From the IMG/VR virus record IMGVR_UViG_3300021085_002380: a DNA stretch of 64,000 nt; one strand, written 5' to 3'. The number at the start of each line of letters is the position of its first letter. Within the stretch, counting starts at the first letter, position 1. Under the pieces are notes generated by a model, which had not been told where the DNA came from, did not search any database, and saw nothing but the letters and a program-made list of their open reading frames with translations. Position numbers and translations under genes: made by a program. This document shows, piece by piece, positions 17,299-26,967 of the stretch. This DNA is from a virus.

Positions 17299-18536
17299 AA
17301 AGTTTTAAATCGTTTATGACAGAAGATAAAAACCTTCACATGACACATGCTGAAGACGCTGTTATAGATGGCGGTATAAAAGGAACAAGAAATGTTATCA
17401 ACTATCTCCGTGACATTCGTGATATGCTTAGCGGAAGCGCTAAGTCTGCTGTTAACATAAGTGTTAAATGGGATGGCGCACCTGCAGTGTTTGCAGGAAC
17501 GGACCCGAGCGATGGAAAATTCTTTGTAGCTAAAAAAGGTGTATTTAATAAAAACCCTAAAGTTTATAAAACACATGCTGATATTGACGCAGATACTGTT
17601 GGCAAAGGTGATCTTAATTCCAAATTGAAAGTTGCCCTTGACGAGTTTTCAAAGCTCGGTATCAAAGGTGTAGTACAAGGTGATTTTTTATATGAAAGAA
17701 GTGATATTAAAGAAGAAACGATTGATGGTGAATCGCATCTTACTTTCCATCCTAATACGATTGTTTACGCGGTACCTAAAGCATCAGAACTTGGTAAAGC
17801 AATACTCGGATCCAAGGTCGGTGTGGTCTGGCATACAGTCTACCGAGGAGATGCGTTTGAATCAATGTCGGCAAGTTTTGGAGAGGAGATTGCTTCAGGC
17901 CTCAAAAAAGTAAAATCTGTCTGGTCTGTTGATGCTGTCTTTAAAGACCAATCAGGAACAGCCAATTTTACTGCAGATGAAACTGCAGAGCTTACAAGGA
18001 TACTTTCTCAAATTGGAACACTATTCCGCGTAGTTCCTAAAAAGACATTTGATGGTTTACTACCTTCAACCAATAAAGAACTCAATATGAGAGTAAATAC
18101 TTATATTAACGTTAAGGTACGTGAAGGACAACGTGTAGGTAATCCTAAAGTATTCGTAAAAGGTTTAACAAAGTATCTTAACGATTGGTACGATGGAGAA
18201 ATTGCTACAAAGAAATCACCAAAAGGTAAGGCAACTTGGGAAGCTAAAAAAGCCGACGCAATGAAGTTCTTTAAAACAAACAGGCCAAAAGATATTGAAA
18301 ATCTATTCACAATGTATAACCTAATCGTGGATGCAAAACATATGATCGTACGCAAACTTGAAAAAGTTGACGGATTAAAAACATTGCTTAAAACGAATAA
18401 AGGATTTGAAGTTACAGGACAAGAAGGTTTTGTTGCCATTGACCGTTATGGTAAGAATGCGTTAAAACTTGTTGACCGCTTACAATTTTCAGCAGCAAAC
18501 TTTTCAGACAAATACATTAAAGGATGGCAGAAGTAA
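17295..18536 (+). CDS. DUF6267-like, ligase/nucleotidyltransferase-fold protein with CTS-like N-terminus
   Basis: MKSFKSFMTE; KWDG, QGD, EGFV and KLVDR motifs. Confidence 0.65.
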   Translation: MKSFKSFMTEDKNLHMTHAEDAVIDGGIKGTRNVINYLRDIRDMLSGSAKSAVNISVKWDGAPAVFAGTDPSDGKFFVAKKGVFNKNPKVYKTHADIDADTVGKGDLNSKLKVALDEFSKLGIKGVVQGDFLYERSDIKEETIDGESHLTFHPNTIVYAVPKASELGKAILGSKVGVVWHTVYRGDAFESMSASFGEEIASGLKKVKSVWSVDAVFKDQSGTANFTADETAELTRILSQIGTLFRVVPKKTFDGLLPSTNKELNMRVNTYINVKVREGQRVGNPKVFVKGLTKYLNDWYDGEIATKKSPKGKATWEAKKADAMKFFKTNRPKDIENLFTMYNLIVDAKHMIVRKLEKVDGLKTLLKTNKGFEVTGQEGFVAIDRYGKNALKLVDRLQFSAANFSDKYIKGWQK

Positions 18537-19327
18537 TGGCTATTTGGAACAAACTAACACAAGCATATTTACAGGGTAATAAAACTCTATTTGAAGCATT
18601 TATGCTTTCAGATAAAGATGGAAATATTATTAATTCGTTTGGCGCTTCCAGTAACGTCCCTATTTCGGCAGGTCTTGTAGATGGTTACGGTCACATTAAT
18701 AAGTTTGGTGCAACCGATGGTGATGTAACCGCAGGTACTATTTGGGATGGAAACAGTGCCGCAGTTATATATCCATATCCAGCAGATAGTGTTGTTGCTG
18801 TTGCTTCGACGCAAAACTCAGGTGCCGCTGTTTTAGTTCAAGGACTTGATGCTAATTTCGAAAGTGCATCAGAAACAATTAATATTGGCTCAACAGGATC
18901 TACAGTATTTTCTCGTATCTTTAGAGCCAGAATGGTCGATACTAATAATGATGCAGATGTATCATTAACTATGGGTGGAACTGTTGCTGCAAAAATTATT
19001 GAAGATCAGGCCCAAACTTTAATGTGCGTTTATACAATTCCAGCAGGTAAAACTGGCTATCTTATGAATATGCAAATGGGTTCAGACAAAGCATCAACAA
19101 ATGCCTCTACGAAATATAGTCTAAGGGCTAGAGATACAGATGGCGGAAACGTGTTTCAAATCAAAGGTATTAATTATGCTGCCGGTGGTCAAAACGTTGT
19201 CCACGAATATCCAATTCCCTTAAAGTTTTCTGAGAAAACCGATATTAGAATTGATGTTGTAGCTGCTGGTTCTGGCCAGACATTTTCTGCAACGCTTGAT
19301 ATTATATTGGTTGACAACCCGACATAA
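18536..19327 (+). CDS. Putative virion structural protein
   Basis: Beta-rich, G/T/A-rich; INKFG...YTIPAGKTGY. Confidence 0.55.
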   Translation: MAIWNKLTQAYLQGNKTLFEAFMLSDKDGNIINSFGASSNVPISAGLVDGYGHINKFGATDGDVTAGTIWDGNSAAVIYPYPADSVVAVASTQNSGAAVLVQGLDANFESASETINIGSTGSTVFSRIFRARMVDTNNDADVSLTMGGTVAAKIIEDQAQTLMCVYTIPAGKTGYLMNMQMGSDKASTNASTKYSLRARDTDGGNVFQIKGINYAAGGQNVVHEYPIPLKFSEKTDIRIDVVAAGSGQTFSATLDIILVDNPT

Positions 19328-19478
19328 TGTCGCTGTTGCATTAGAAGCAATCCGGCTATATCAAATTGGTAACCATTGTTTACCCATTTCTCTAATAAAT
19401 ATATTTGTAAAAAGGATTAAACCTAGGCGTGGGGTCTAGGATCGGATCATACATACACATATATTAGAGGAAACGGAA

Positions 19479-19733
19479 ATGACACAAGCTATCCTTACGG
19501 CGCACAGCCACTTAACAGGCGCAATCGAAGGCCTACTAGATTTTTTAAAATCAGTAAACGAAAAAAGAATTCAGCATAAAGCAATCCGCGAAACAGAAAA
19601 AGCGCTACAATCATTAACAACTGCAGAGTTGGATGATATTGGAATTACTCGTGGAGATATTTACACAATTGCTCGTTCAAAAAATACTATTGAAAATGTA
19701 AGAACAAACAACAACTTGCGGGGATGGGTTTAA
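19479..19733 (+). CDS. DUF1127 (YjiS-like) small protein
   Basis: RETEKALQSLTTAELDDIGITRGDI. Confidence 0.88.
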   Translation: MTQAILTAHSHLTGAIEGLLDFLKSVNEKRIQHKAIRETEKALQSLTTAELDDIGITRGDIYTIARSKNTIENVRTNNNLRGWV

Positions 19734-19912
19734 TGACAGCATTAGTAAGCAATTATGTATTTTCGCCATTGTCGGGCTTGTGGTCTTCAATAGATCGTTG
19801 GTCCCAGGTGGTTGGTTACTCGAGAGCGGCAGCGGAGCTCGCAAGAATGGGTATGCACGAGGAATCGAAACGTTGTATGATGGAAATCAAAGATTTATAC
19901 GATAACCAGTGA
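19733..19912 (+). CDS. Small hypothetical protein coupled to DUF1127
   Basis: TAATG overlap; GYSRAAAELARMG. Confidence 0.65.
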   Translation: MTALVSNYVFSPLSGLWSSIDRWSQVVGYSRAAAELARMGMHEESKRCMMEIKDLYDNQ

Positions 19913-19929
19913 TATTGACTACAAAGTCT

Positions 19930-19964
19930 TATAAATAACAGGGCAGCTTAGGTTGCCCTTTTTT
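19930..19964 (+). terminator. Late promoter (19930-19937) overlapping an intrinsic terminator
   Basis: TATAAATA-AC-AGGGCAGC-TTAG-GTTGCCCT-TTTTT. Confidence 0.75.
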
Positions 19965-19981
19965 GTTTATTGGAGTATATT

Positions 19982-20635
19982 ATGCCAATCTTTTGTGCAA
20001 ATATAAATGATATAGTTGTTAGTTTTACTCATGTACCAAAATGCGGTGGTACATCAGTAAAAACAATGATGCTTGATGCCGAAGGTTTAGATTGGCGAAA
20101 CGAAGTTTCAGTAGATTGGGGTATACCCGAAAATCAACGAACCTATAAAGACTCCTACCGCCAACAAGAAACGCTCTTTCATAAATTCCACAATGAAAAT
20201 TTTTATGATGAAGTACACTATAGAATTTGCATGGTACGCGATCCTATAGAACGATTAAAATCAGCATACACAAATAGAGTTTTATACCACGGCAAGGGAT
20301 CTGTTCCTGGCGGTTGGGAAGAGTTTATATTACGCCTTGGTAAATACAACAACGGCGATCTTACTCATCATACTTTACCTATGGTTAGAGAATTAGGATT
20401 TGAGACTGAAAGATTTGATAAAGTATTTGCAATCAACGAAATGGATAAAGTCGCAAAATTTCTTTCTAAAATAAGCGGAAGAAACGTGCAACCAGTTAAA
20501 CGTCAAACTGGTGGATCTGAATATAAAGACCAAATAAAGCTTTCTGAAAATGATATAAATATAATCAAATACTATTACCGAAAAGATTACAGATATTGGT
20601 GGAATAAAGACGTAGTTCCTCAGGCTTTTATATAA
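19982..20635 (+). CDS. Sulfotransferase family 2 protein
   Basis: HVPKCGGTS (5'-PSB) and VRDPIERLKSAY (3'-PB). Confidence 0.85.
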   Translation: MPIFCANINDIVVSFTHVPKCGGTSVKTMMLDAEGLDWRNEVSVDWGIPENQRTYKDSYRQQETLFHKFHNENFYDEVHYRICMVRDPIERLKSAYTNRVLYHGKGSVPGGWEEFILRLGKYNNGDLTHHTLPMVRELGFETERFDKVFAINEMDKVAKFLSKISGRNVQPVKRQTGGSEYKDQIKLSENDINIIKYYYRKDYRYWWNKDVVPQAFI

Positions 20636-21297
20636 TGTACATACCAGAAATCAACACATATTTTATTCACATCCCAAAGTGCGGTGGGACCTCGGTTGAA
20701 ATGTTTTTCTTCCGAAACGTATGCGGCTTTCCAAACATGGCAGACAACGGCAAAATGTTTGAACAACTTGGGCGAGAAGTTGGTGCCAAATACCACTTTG
20801 GGCAAAAGACTCCTGAGCCATTACCGACTGGAGAAACTCAACATCTTTCAGCGTGGCAATTAAAAGAATGGAACGATCCTTCTTTCTGTAATTCAAACTA
20901 TACATTTGCGTTTGTTCGTAATCCTTGGCACAGATTTGTATCTGAAACTATATGGAAACAACAACACCTAGGAATGCGCACTCATAACTTAGAAGCTCAA
21001 ATAAGAATGCAGTCGATGGAAAGTACCTATCAAATGAAGTTAAACAGACCTCACAACGCTCCTCAGTATAAGTTTGTTTACGACCAGCATTTTAACTTAC
21101 TTGTTGACGACGTATTTAAGTTAGAAGAAAAAGATAAAGCTGAAAAGGTTATATCAGAAAAGCTTAATATGAAAGTTGAGTTTGGCCACCATAATAAATC
21201 TAAAAGAAAAGATTATGACGATTACCTAACCCCTAAAATCAAAAAAGATTTATATCCATACATTCATAAAGATTTGGAACTGTTTGGCTATGAATAA
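20635..21297 (+). CDS. Sulfotransferase family 2 protein
   Basis: FIHIPKCGGTS and FVRNPWHRFVS. Confidence 0.88.
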   Translation: MYIPEINTYFIHIPKCGGTSVEMFFFRNVCGFPNMADNGKMFEQLGREVGAKYHFGQKTPEPLPTGETQHLSAWQLKEWNDPSFCNSNYTFAFVRNPWHRFVSETIWKQQHLGMRTHNLEAQIRMQSMESTYQMKLNRPHNAPQYKFVYDQHFNLLVDDVFKLEEKDKAEKVISEKLNMKVEFGHHNKSKRKDYDDYLTPKIKKDLYPYIHKDLELFGYE

Positions 21298-22000
21298 AAA
21301 CATATGGATATATTGGTCTCAAGGATTTGACAACGCACCACCTTTAGTCAAAGAATGTTTGAAAAGCGCTAAACATTATAATCCTGATTGGAATATTATT
21401 GAACTTACTGATGTTAACTTAAAAGAATACATTAGTGATATTCATCATCCTGGACCCTTAGCTGCGTATTCAGATATACTCCGTATTTCTCTTCTTAATA
21501 AGTACGGTGGTATATGGATTGATGCAACGGTGTTGTTTAATAAACCACTTGATGAATGGTTGCCTGAATATACAACCGAAGGTATGTTTGCCTTTTCAAA
21601 CCCAACTAAAAGCCATAACGTTTGTAGTTGGTTTTTATATGGTGAAAAAGGTAATTTTTTAGTTGACAAATGGAAAGAAACAGTAGATAATTATTGGGAT
21701 ACGAGACAAAAATTCCACGATTACTTGTGGTTTCATTTTTGCTTTGACACATGTTATAGTCAGTTGCCAGAGTTTAAAAATAAATGGGATAAAGTAAAAA
21801 AGTATAATGCAACATGGAACCCAGCGTCATATGATGGAAATAATCCACATGTATTTGCTCCTTATGATCCAAGACATCTTTCTATCGTTGCCAAAACAGT
21901 TCAAAACTTTACAGCGCCAGTTTACAAGTTAGCGCATCACAATAAAAATTTACCATTAAATTCTCAAATCATTTCACTATTTACTAAGGATATTATATAA
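21290..22000 (+). CDS. GT32-like capsular polysaccharide synthesis glycosyltransferase
   Basis: IWIYWSQG, SDILRISLLNKYGGIWIDAT. Confidence 0.88.
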   Translation: MNKNIWIYWSQGFDNAPPLVKECLKSAKHYNPDWNIIELTDVNLKEYISDIHHPGPLAAYSDILRISLLNKYGGIWIDATVLFNKPLDEWLPEYTTEGMFAFSNPTKSHNVCSWFLYGEKGNFLVDKWKETVDNYWDTRQKFHDYLWFHFCFDTCYSQLPEFKNKWDKVKKYNATWNPASYDGNNPHVFAPYDPRHLSIVAKTVQNFTAPVYKLAHHNKNLPLNSQIISLFTKDII

Positions 22001-22716
22001 TGAAAGTAAGTAAAGCTTATATAATGTATCATGAAGACTCAGTGTCTGTTGAATATGCAAAAGTCTCAGCGGCGTCCTGCGATAAAGTTGGTTTGCCGTG
22101 GGAATATTATAAAGGCTATAAGCCAACCAATCAAAAAGATCTTTGGAAAAACTTTAAAAATACTGCAGGTGTTAATGTTCCTAAATTTAAAGTTATGGCC
22201 GAAGGTGCCGCGGGTTGTACTGCAAGTCATGCTCATTTATGGAAACGTATTTCTGAAAACAAAGAGTGCGTTATTATATTAGAACATGACGGTATTATGC
22301 TGCATCCGCTTAATTTGGATATTCCTGACGATAGAATTGTTGCGCTAGGATATAAGTATTATAATTGGGATAAGTATGACTATCAAACTGCAGGGCCACC
22401 AAAGAGATTGGTTGATGTCCAATTCCACCCAGGATCTCACGCGTATGCTCTTACTCATGTTATGGCTCAAACTTTAGTTGATGAAATAGAAAAAGACGGA
22501 GTATCTGAAGCTATTGATAATAGACACTTTATGCATACGCGAGTAGGATATACAAAAACAAAAATGTGTATTACTGATCCTATTGCTGGTATGGGAGCGT
22601 TAAGGAAATCTACAATATGGGGAGCATCAGCAACCCACAATAATACTAAAGAATTGCTACCTTCGTTTAAGGAGCATTTTACAGGTGAATACACGGAGGC
22701 AGCCAAAAAATGTTAG
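22000..22716 (+). CDS. GT25-like glycosyltransferase
   Basis: GCTASHAHLW...IILEHD...HAYALT. Confidence 0.75.
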   Translation: MKVSKAYIMYHEDSVSVEYAKVSAASCDKVGLPWEYYKGYKPTNQKDLWKNFKNTAGVNVPKFKVMAEGAAGCTASHAHLWKRISENKECVIILEHDGIMLHPLNLDIPDDRIVALGYKYYNWDKYDYQTAGPPKRLVDVQFHPGSHAYALTHVMAQTLVDEIEKDGVSEAIDNRHFMHTRVGYTKTKMCITDPIAGMGALRKSTIWGASATHNNTKELLPSFKEHFTGEYTEAAKKC

Positions 22717-23474
22717 ACCACGAAATTGAAATTGAAAAAGACGGCGCAAAATATATTATGAAAGATCATAAGTATTATGCGTATTATCAGTTTGGATTGC
22801 AAAGGACAGGGACAACTATTATTGATAGAATGATCCGTGATAACTTTAAATTCAATAAAGCAAATGATCTTACACCGCATACAGTTAAACCACCTAACGC
22901 AGATGTATTAACGTGGAAACATGAGCTTAACGTGCCAAAACTTTTACGCCCGGGTTTACCTGTAGTTTTAAACCACAAAAACCCATATACTTGGCTTGAG
23001 TCCATGTTGTATAGAAGAGGCGCATCAAACGGCGGGTGGCAACAAACATACGGAAAAGTATACGAAACACAAAACCAATGGGAAAGAAACAAAACTAGAA
23101 TTGATGTTGATGACAACGGTACTTGCTTTCCTGACCAAATGCTAAGATGCTATAAACATTGGTTTAATACTTGGCTAAAGTATCATGACGAAAATCCTGA
23201 AACAACAATGCTTATTAAGTGGGAACATTTATTATATAAAGATTTACGTGAAGATATTTTTGACGAAATGTGGAAAAAGTTTAATTGGCCTGAATATCAA
23301 TACCCAGAATATGTTTGGGCAATGCACTCAGGCTCTTCACTACCTATGACTAAAGATCGCATAGCTTATTACGTTAAAAGCGTTCCTACACAATTGGAAC
23401 AAAGGTTTATAGATATGGTTCCTAAAATTATGGGCGAAGATCTTATGAAACGGTTGGGTTACTCAATCTTATAA
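22710..23474 (+). CDS. Sulfotransferase-fold protein
   Basis: GLQRTGT, WKH, KNPYTWLES. Confidence 0.65.
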   Translation: MLDHEIEIEKDGAKYIMKDHKYYAYYQFGLQRTGTTIIDRMIRDNFKFNKANDLTPHTVKPPNADVLTWKHELNVPKLLRPGLPVVLNHKNPYTWLESMLYRRGASNGGWQQTYGKVYETQNQWERNKTRIDVDDNGTCFPDQMLRCYKHWFNTWLKYHDENPETTMLIKWEHLLYKDLREDIFDEMWKKFNWPEYQYPEYVWAMHSGSSLPMTKDRIAYYVKSVPTQLEQRFIDMVPKIMGEDLMKRLGYSIL

Positions 23475-23477
23475 ATA
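23470..23477 (+). promoter_or_regulatory. Late promoter
   Basis: TATAAATA. Confidence 0.75.
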
Positions 23478-23506
23478 TTGGGAATAGTTTTTATCTTGAG
23501 GGCAAA

Positions 23507-26401
23507 ATGGCTGATAAAGAAAAAAAGAAAGACAAAAAAATAGTAGGTTATAAAGAGTTCGACTCTACTAAATACATTGATATTGAACCTACTATTGATG
23601 AAGCTAAAAAGAATGGCGGAACTGTAGTTATTGCATGGGGTCGTATGAATCCTATGTCTGCAGGTCACGAAATGCTCGTTAAGAAAGTTATTGATGTGGC
23701 TAAGACCGAAAAAGGTACTCCGCAAATTTACTTATCACATACCCAAGGAGCAAAAACTAAAACCGGCAAAGGGGCGGTTAATAAAGATCCATTATCATAT
23801 GATGATAAAATCAAATTTGCTCAAAAAGCTTTTGGTCCAATTGTTAAGAAATCTCCAGCAAAAACTATCATACAATTACTTAAACTCCTTGATAAGCAGT
23901 TTGATAGAGTTGTATTGGTAGCTGGATCTGATAGAGTCAAAGAGTTTAACAATACACTAAATAAGTACAATGGAAAAGAATATAAATTCAGTGAACTTAA
24001 AATCGTATCAGCTGGCCAAAGAGATGCGGATGCCGATGATGTATCAGGAATCTCAGGTACTAAAATGCGTGGATACGCTAAGACAGACATGAAAAAATTT
24101 ACTGCAAACTTACCGAAAAAATTAAAAGGTGACGCCAAGGAAATTGCAGCGTTAGTAAATAAGGGCACTCAAATGACAGAAGAAAACGATGTAGAAATGG
24201 ATGAAGCTCTGAATAGAGTTCAACGATTTAAAAAGGCCCGCGCTATGAGAAAGGCTCGTGCTAAAATCAAACGTGGCCAAGAACGCGCTAAGCGTAAAAA
24301 GGCTGATATGAAAAAGATTAAACAAAGAGCGCAAAAGTCTGCAAGGAATATGATTAAAGATAGACTTGCAAAACCTAAAAAGTATGCAAGCTTATCATAT
24401 GCCGAAAAAGAACGTATTGATAAACGTATGGAAAAAATTCCACCAGCAAGGATTGATAGACTTGCCCGTAAAATGATACCGATGGTTAAAAAGAAAGAAC
24501 AGGAAAGACTTAAGTCTGCGCGGTCAAAATCAGAAGAAGTTGATCTCGACGAACAGTTTACAATGTTCATGGAAAAAATGACAAAGCCACAAGATAGTGA
24601 CGTGGCAGATCGCCCAGGTTCTCAACCAAAAGGTTATTATAAAGGTGTAGATAAAGATAAGAAAGATGCTCGCGCTGCTCATTTTGAAAAAGGTGCAAAG
24701 ATGTCTGACGATAACCCTGCGGCATACAAACCAGCTCCTGGTGATAAAGAAGCAAAGACTAAAGAGTCGAAGTTTACTAAAAAAGCAAGAGCTATGGGAT
24801 TTACAGAAGATTTAGTTTGGGAAGAATTAGTTGAAGGTCTCGACGAAGGTTTGTGGGGACAGCGAATTTCAAAAAGACCGCATATGCTATATGCTGCAAA
24901 CGGAAAAGTAAAATTTGATAAACGCTTTAAAATGTATAGACCAAAAGATGTTAAAGAGTCAAACGAGTTTGTCATTGAAGACATTGCAGAACTATACGAA
25001 GCGACCGAAGGTTATATGTCTGAAGATAAAGCTGGAAAATCTTTAAAAGATAAAGCAGCGAAATCAGGTATGCCTGCCGGTATTTTACGTAAGGTTTATA
25101 ACCGTGGCGTGGCGGCATGGCGTACAGGTCACCGCCCAGGTACAACTCCTGAGCAATGGGGACATGCTCGAGTAAATTCATTTATTACAAAATCATCAGG
25201 TACATGGGGTAAGGCAGATAAAGACCTTGCTGATAAAGTTCGCAAAGAAGGAATAGAAGAAATGAATGAAGCACCTCGTCGTAAAGGCGCGCCAAAAATG
25301 AAAGGTGACTCTGTTGCAATTCAACGTGCAAAAGACGCAGAACATGCAAAGGCAATGGGGCGTTCAGTAAAAACTGGCCGCAAGTTACCTAAGAAAACAA
25401 TGACTTCAACTCAAAGATCATTAGCTTCATTACGTGGAGAAGATGTTCAAGAAGCTGCTACTCCTCAAATGAAACAGGCCGCGGCAAGTATTGAAGCATA
25501 TGCAAAAAAACATGGTGGTATTGATAAAGCAGACTTTATGAAAGCAGCAAAGATGCTATCATCTGGTAATGCTGGTACAAAATTCATTAAGTTCGTAGAC
25601 GATCTTGATACAGATCCACGTGAATGGTTAATTACTAATCTTGCTAAAACTATGGGTAAACAAACAGTTGAAAAAATGTTTAAAGTTAAAATCCGTGAAG
25701 AAGTAGAACAGCTTGATGAATTAACCGCGGCAGAAAAGAAACTTGTTAATCAAATGTATGATAAGAAAGGTAACCTTACTCCATTAGGCAAAAAGGTTAT
25801 GAACCACGGTAAAAAGCCTGGTGATAAAGGTTACGTAGAATCAAATCTTGATGAGCAAGCTATAGAGTTTTTAGAAAAGTATAAACCAGCAACACCTGAA
25901 GAAATCAAAAAGGATAAAGAACGTGAGCGTAAAGCAAGCGGCAAACAACGTCCTTCAATGAACGCTAAATCTGCCACAAAGAAAACATATGGTGGTATGA
26001 TGGGTGGTCTTAAAGCTGGTTACGGTTATGGAGAAAGCTCAAAAAAATCTGTTGATACTAAACCAACTATTGACGAAGATGAAAAAGAAAACCTAGCTAA
26101 ATATGCAGCAGCGGCAATTGCGCGTAAAAAAGAAGCGGGTGAAATGGATGATAAGCCAAAACCAAAATATAAAGACAAAGTCAAACGCAAAGAGGTTGAT
26201 GAAGCGTGTGGAGCTGGTGAGCAAGGTACTAATGAGCTTACTAAAAAATACAAAAAAGATACACCAATGGAAAGTATTCCACCTGAAGTTGTAGGGGCAG
26301 CATTAGCCGCTCCTATGGTCGCCCAAGGAGCAAAGGCTGCAGCTAAAGGCGCGTATAAAATGGCTAAAAAAATTGTGGCAAAAAAGAAAGCTAAAAAGTG
26401 A
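23507..26401 (+). CDS. 964-aa modular protein: cytidylyltransferase-like N-domain, basic modules, DUF5824-like domain
   Basis: WGRMNPMSAGH, AGSDR, ISGTKMR; ILRKVYNRGVAAWRTGHRPG..QWGHARVNSF. Confidence 0.75.
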   Translation: MADKEKKKDKKIVGYKEFDSTKYIDIEPTIDEAKKNGGTVVIAWGRMNPMSAGHEMLVKKVIDVAKTEKGTPQIYLSHTQGAKTKTGKGAVNKDPLSYDDKIKFAQKAFGPIVKKSPAKTIIQLLKLLDKQFDRVVLVAGSDRVKEFNNTLNKYNGKEYKFSELKIVSAGQRDADADDVSGISGTKMRGYAKTDMKKFTANLPKKLKGDAKEIAALVNKGTQMTEENDVEMDEALNRVQRFKKARAMRKARAKIKRGQERAKRKKADMKKIKQRAQKSARNMIKDRLAKPKKYASLSYAEKERIDKRMEKIPPARIDRLARKMIPMVKKKEQERLKSARSKSEEVDLDEQFTMFMEKMTKPQDSDVADRPGSQPKGYYKGVDKDKKDARAAHFEKGAKMSDDNPAAYKPAPGDKEAKTKESKFTKKARAMGFTEDLVWEELVEGLDEGLWGQRISKRPHMLYAANGKVKFDKRFKMYRPKDVKESNEFVIEDIAELYEATEGYMSEDKAGKSLKDKAAKSGMPAGILRKVYNRGVAAWRTGHRPGTTPEQWGHARVNSFITKSSGTWGKADKDLADKVRKEGIEEMNEAPRRKGAPKMKGDSVAIQRAKDAEHAKAMGRSVKTGRKLPKKTMTSTQRSLASLRGEDVQEAATPQMKQAAASIEAYAKKHGGIDKADFMKAAKMLSSGNAGTKFIKFVDDLDTDPREWLITNLAKTMGKQTVEKMFKVKIREEVEQLDELTAAEKKLVNQMYDKKGNLTPLGKKVMNHGKKPGDKGYVESNLDEQAIEFLEKYKPATPEEIKKDKERERKASGKQRPSMNAKSATKKTYGGMMGGLKAGYGYGESSKKSVDTKPTIDEDEKENLAKYAAAAIARKKEAGEMDDKPKPKYKDKVKRKEVDEACGAGEQGTNELTKKYKKDTPMESIPPEVVGAALAAPMVAQGAKAAAKGAYKMAKKIVAKKKAKK

Positions 26402-26967
26402 TATCTTTTAAACAATATATTTCAGAAGACTTTTCGTCTGATTTAAATGAAAGCGCATTGACCGCACTTAGAGTTGCAACTAAAGCCCATTCAGGGCAAA
26501 CTCGCAAAAGTGGTGGTAAATACATTGAGCATCCAAAAGAAGTTGCTCGGTTCGTAAAGCAATTTAAAAAGTCAAATAATCTTTCGGCGTTAGTACAGGC
26601 AGCTTATTTGCATGATACTATTGAAGATACTGATACAACTTATGCTGATTTGGTTAAACAGTTTGGTGCTCTTGTAGCTGATATGGTTCAAGAATTAACA
26701 ACAGATAAAGCTGCATCTGATGCTATTGGTAAAGGTGAATACATTGCTGGTAAGATGGCTAAAATGTCAAGTTGGTCATTAGTTATTAAACTTGCGGATA
26801 GATTAGCAAACGTACAAGACATTGATACCCGGCCTGCAGATTTTCAAAAGAAATATGCTGCACAGACTGCGCTTGCTATTAAACGTCTTCGTAGTGATAG
26901 ATATTTGAGTAAAACACATAATAAGATTATATCGGCAATTGAGAAAAAGATTAAAGAGTATGTATAG
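26398..26967 (+). CDS. HD-domain (p)ppGpp hydrolase-like protein (Mesh1/SpoT-HD, small alarmone hydrolase)
   Basis: AH.GQTRK...YIEHP...AAYLHDTIEDT...IKLADRLAN; N-terminus MISFKQYISE. Confidence 0.88.
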   Translation: MISFKQYISEDFSSDLNESALTALRVATKAHSGQTRKSGGKYIEHPKEVARFVKQFKKSNNLSALVQAAYLHDTIEDTDTTYADLVKQFGALVADMVQELTTDKAASDAIGKGEYIAGKMAKMSSWSLVIKLADRLANVQDIDTRPADFQKKYAAQTALAIKRLRSDRYLSKTHNKIISAIEKKIKEYV

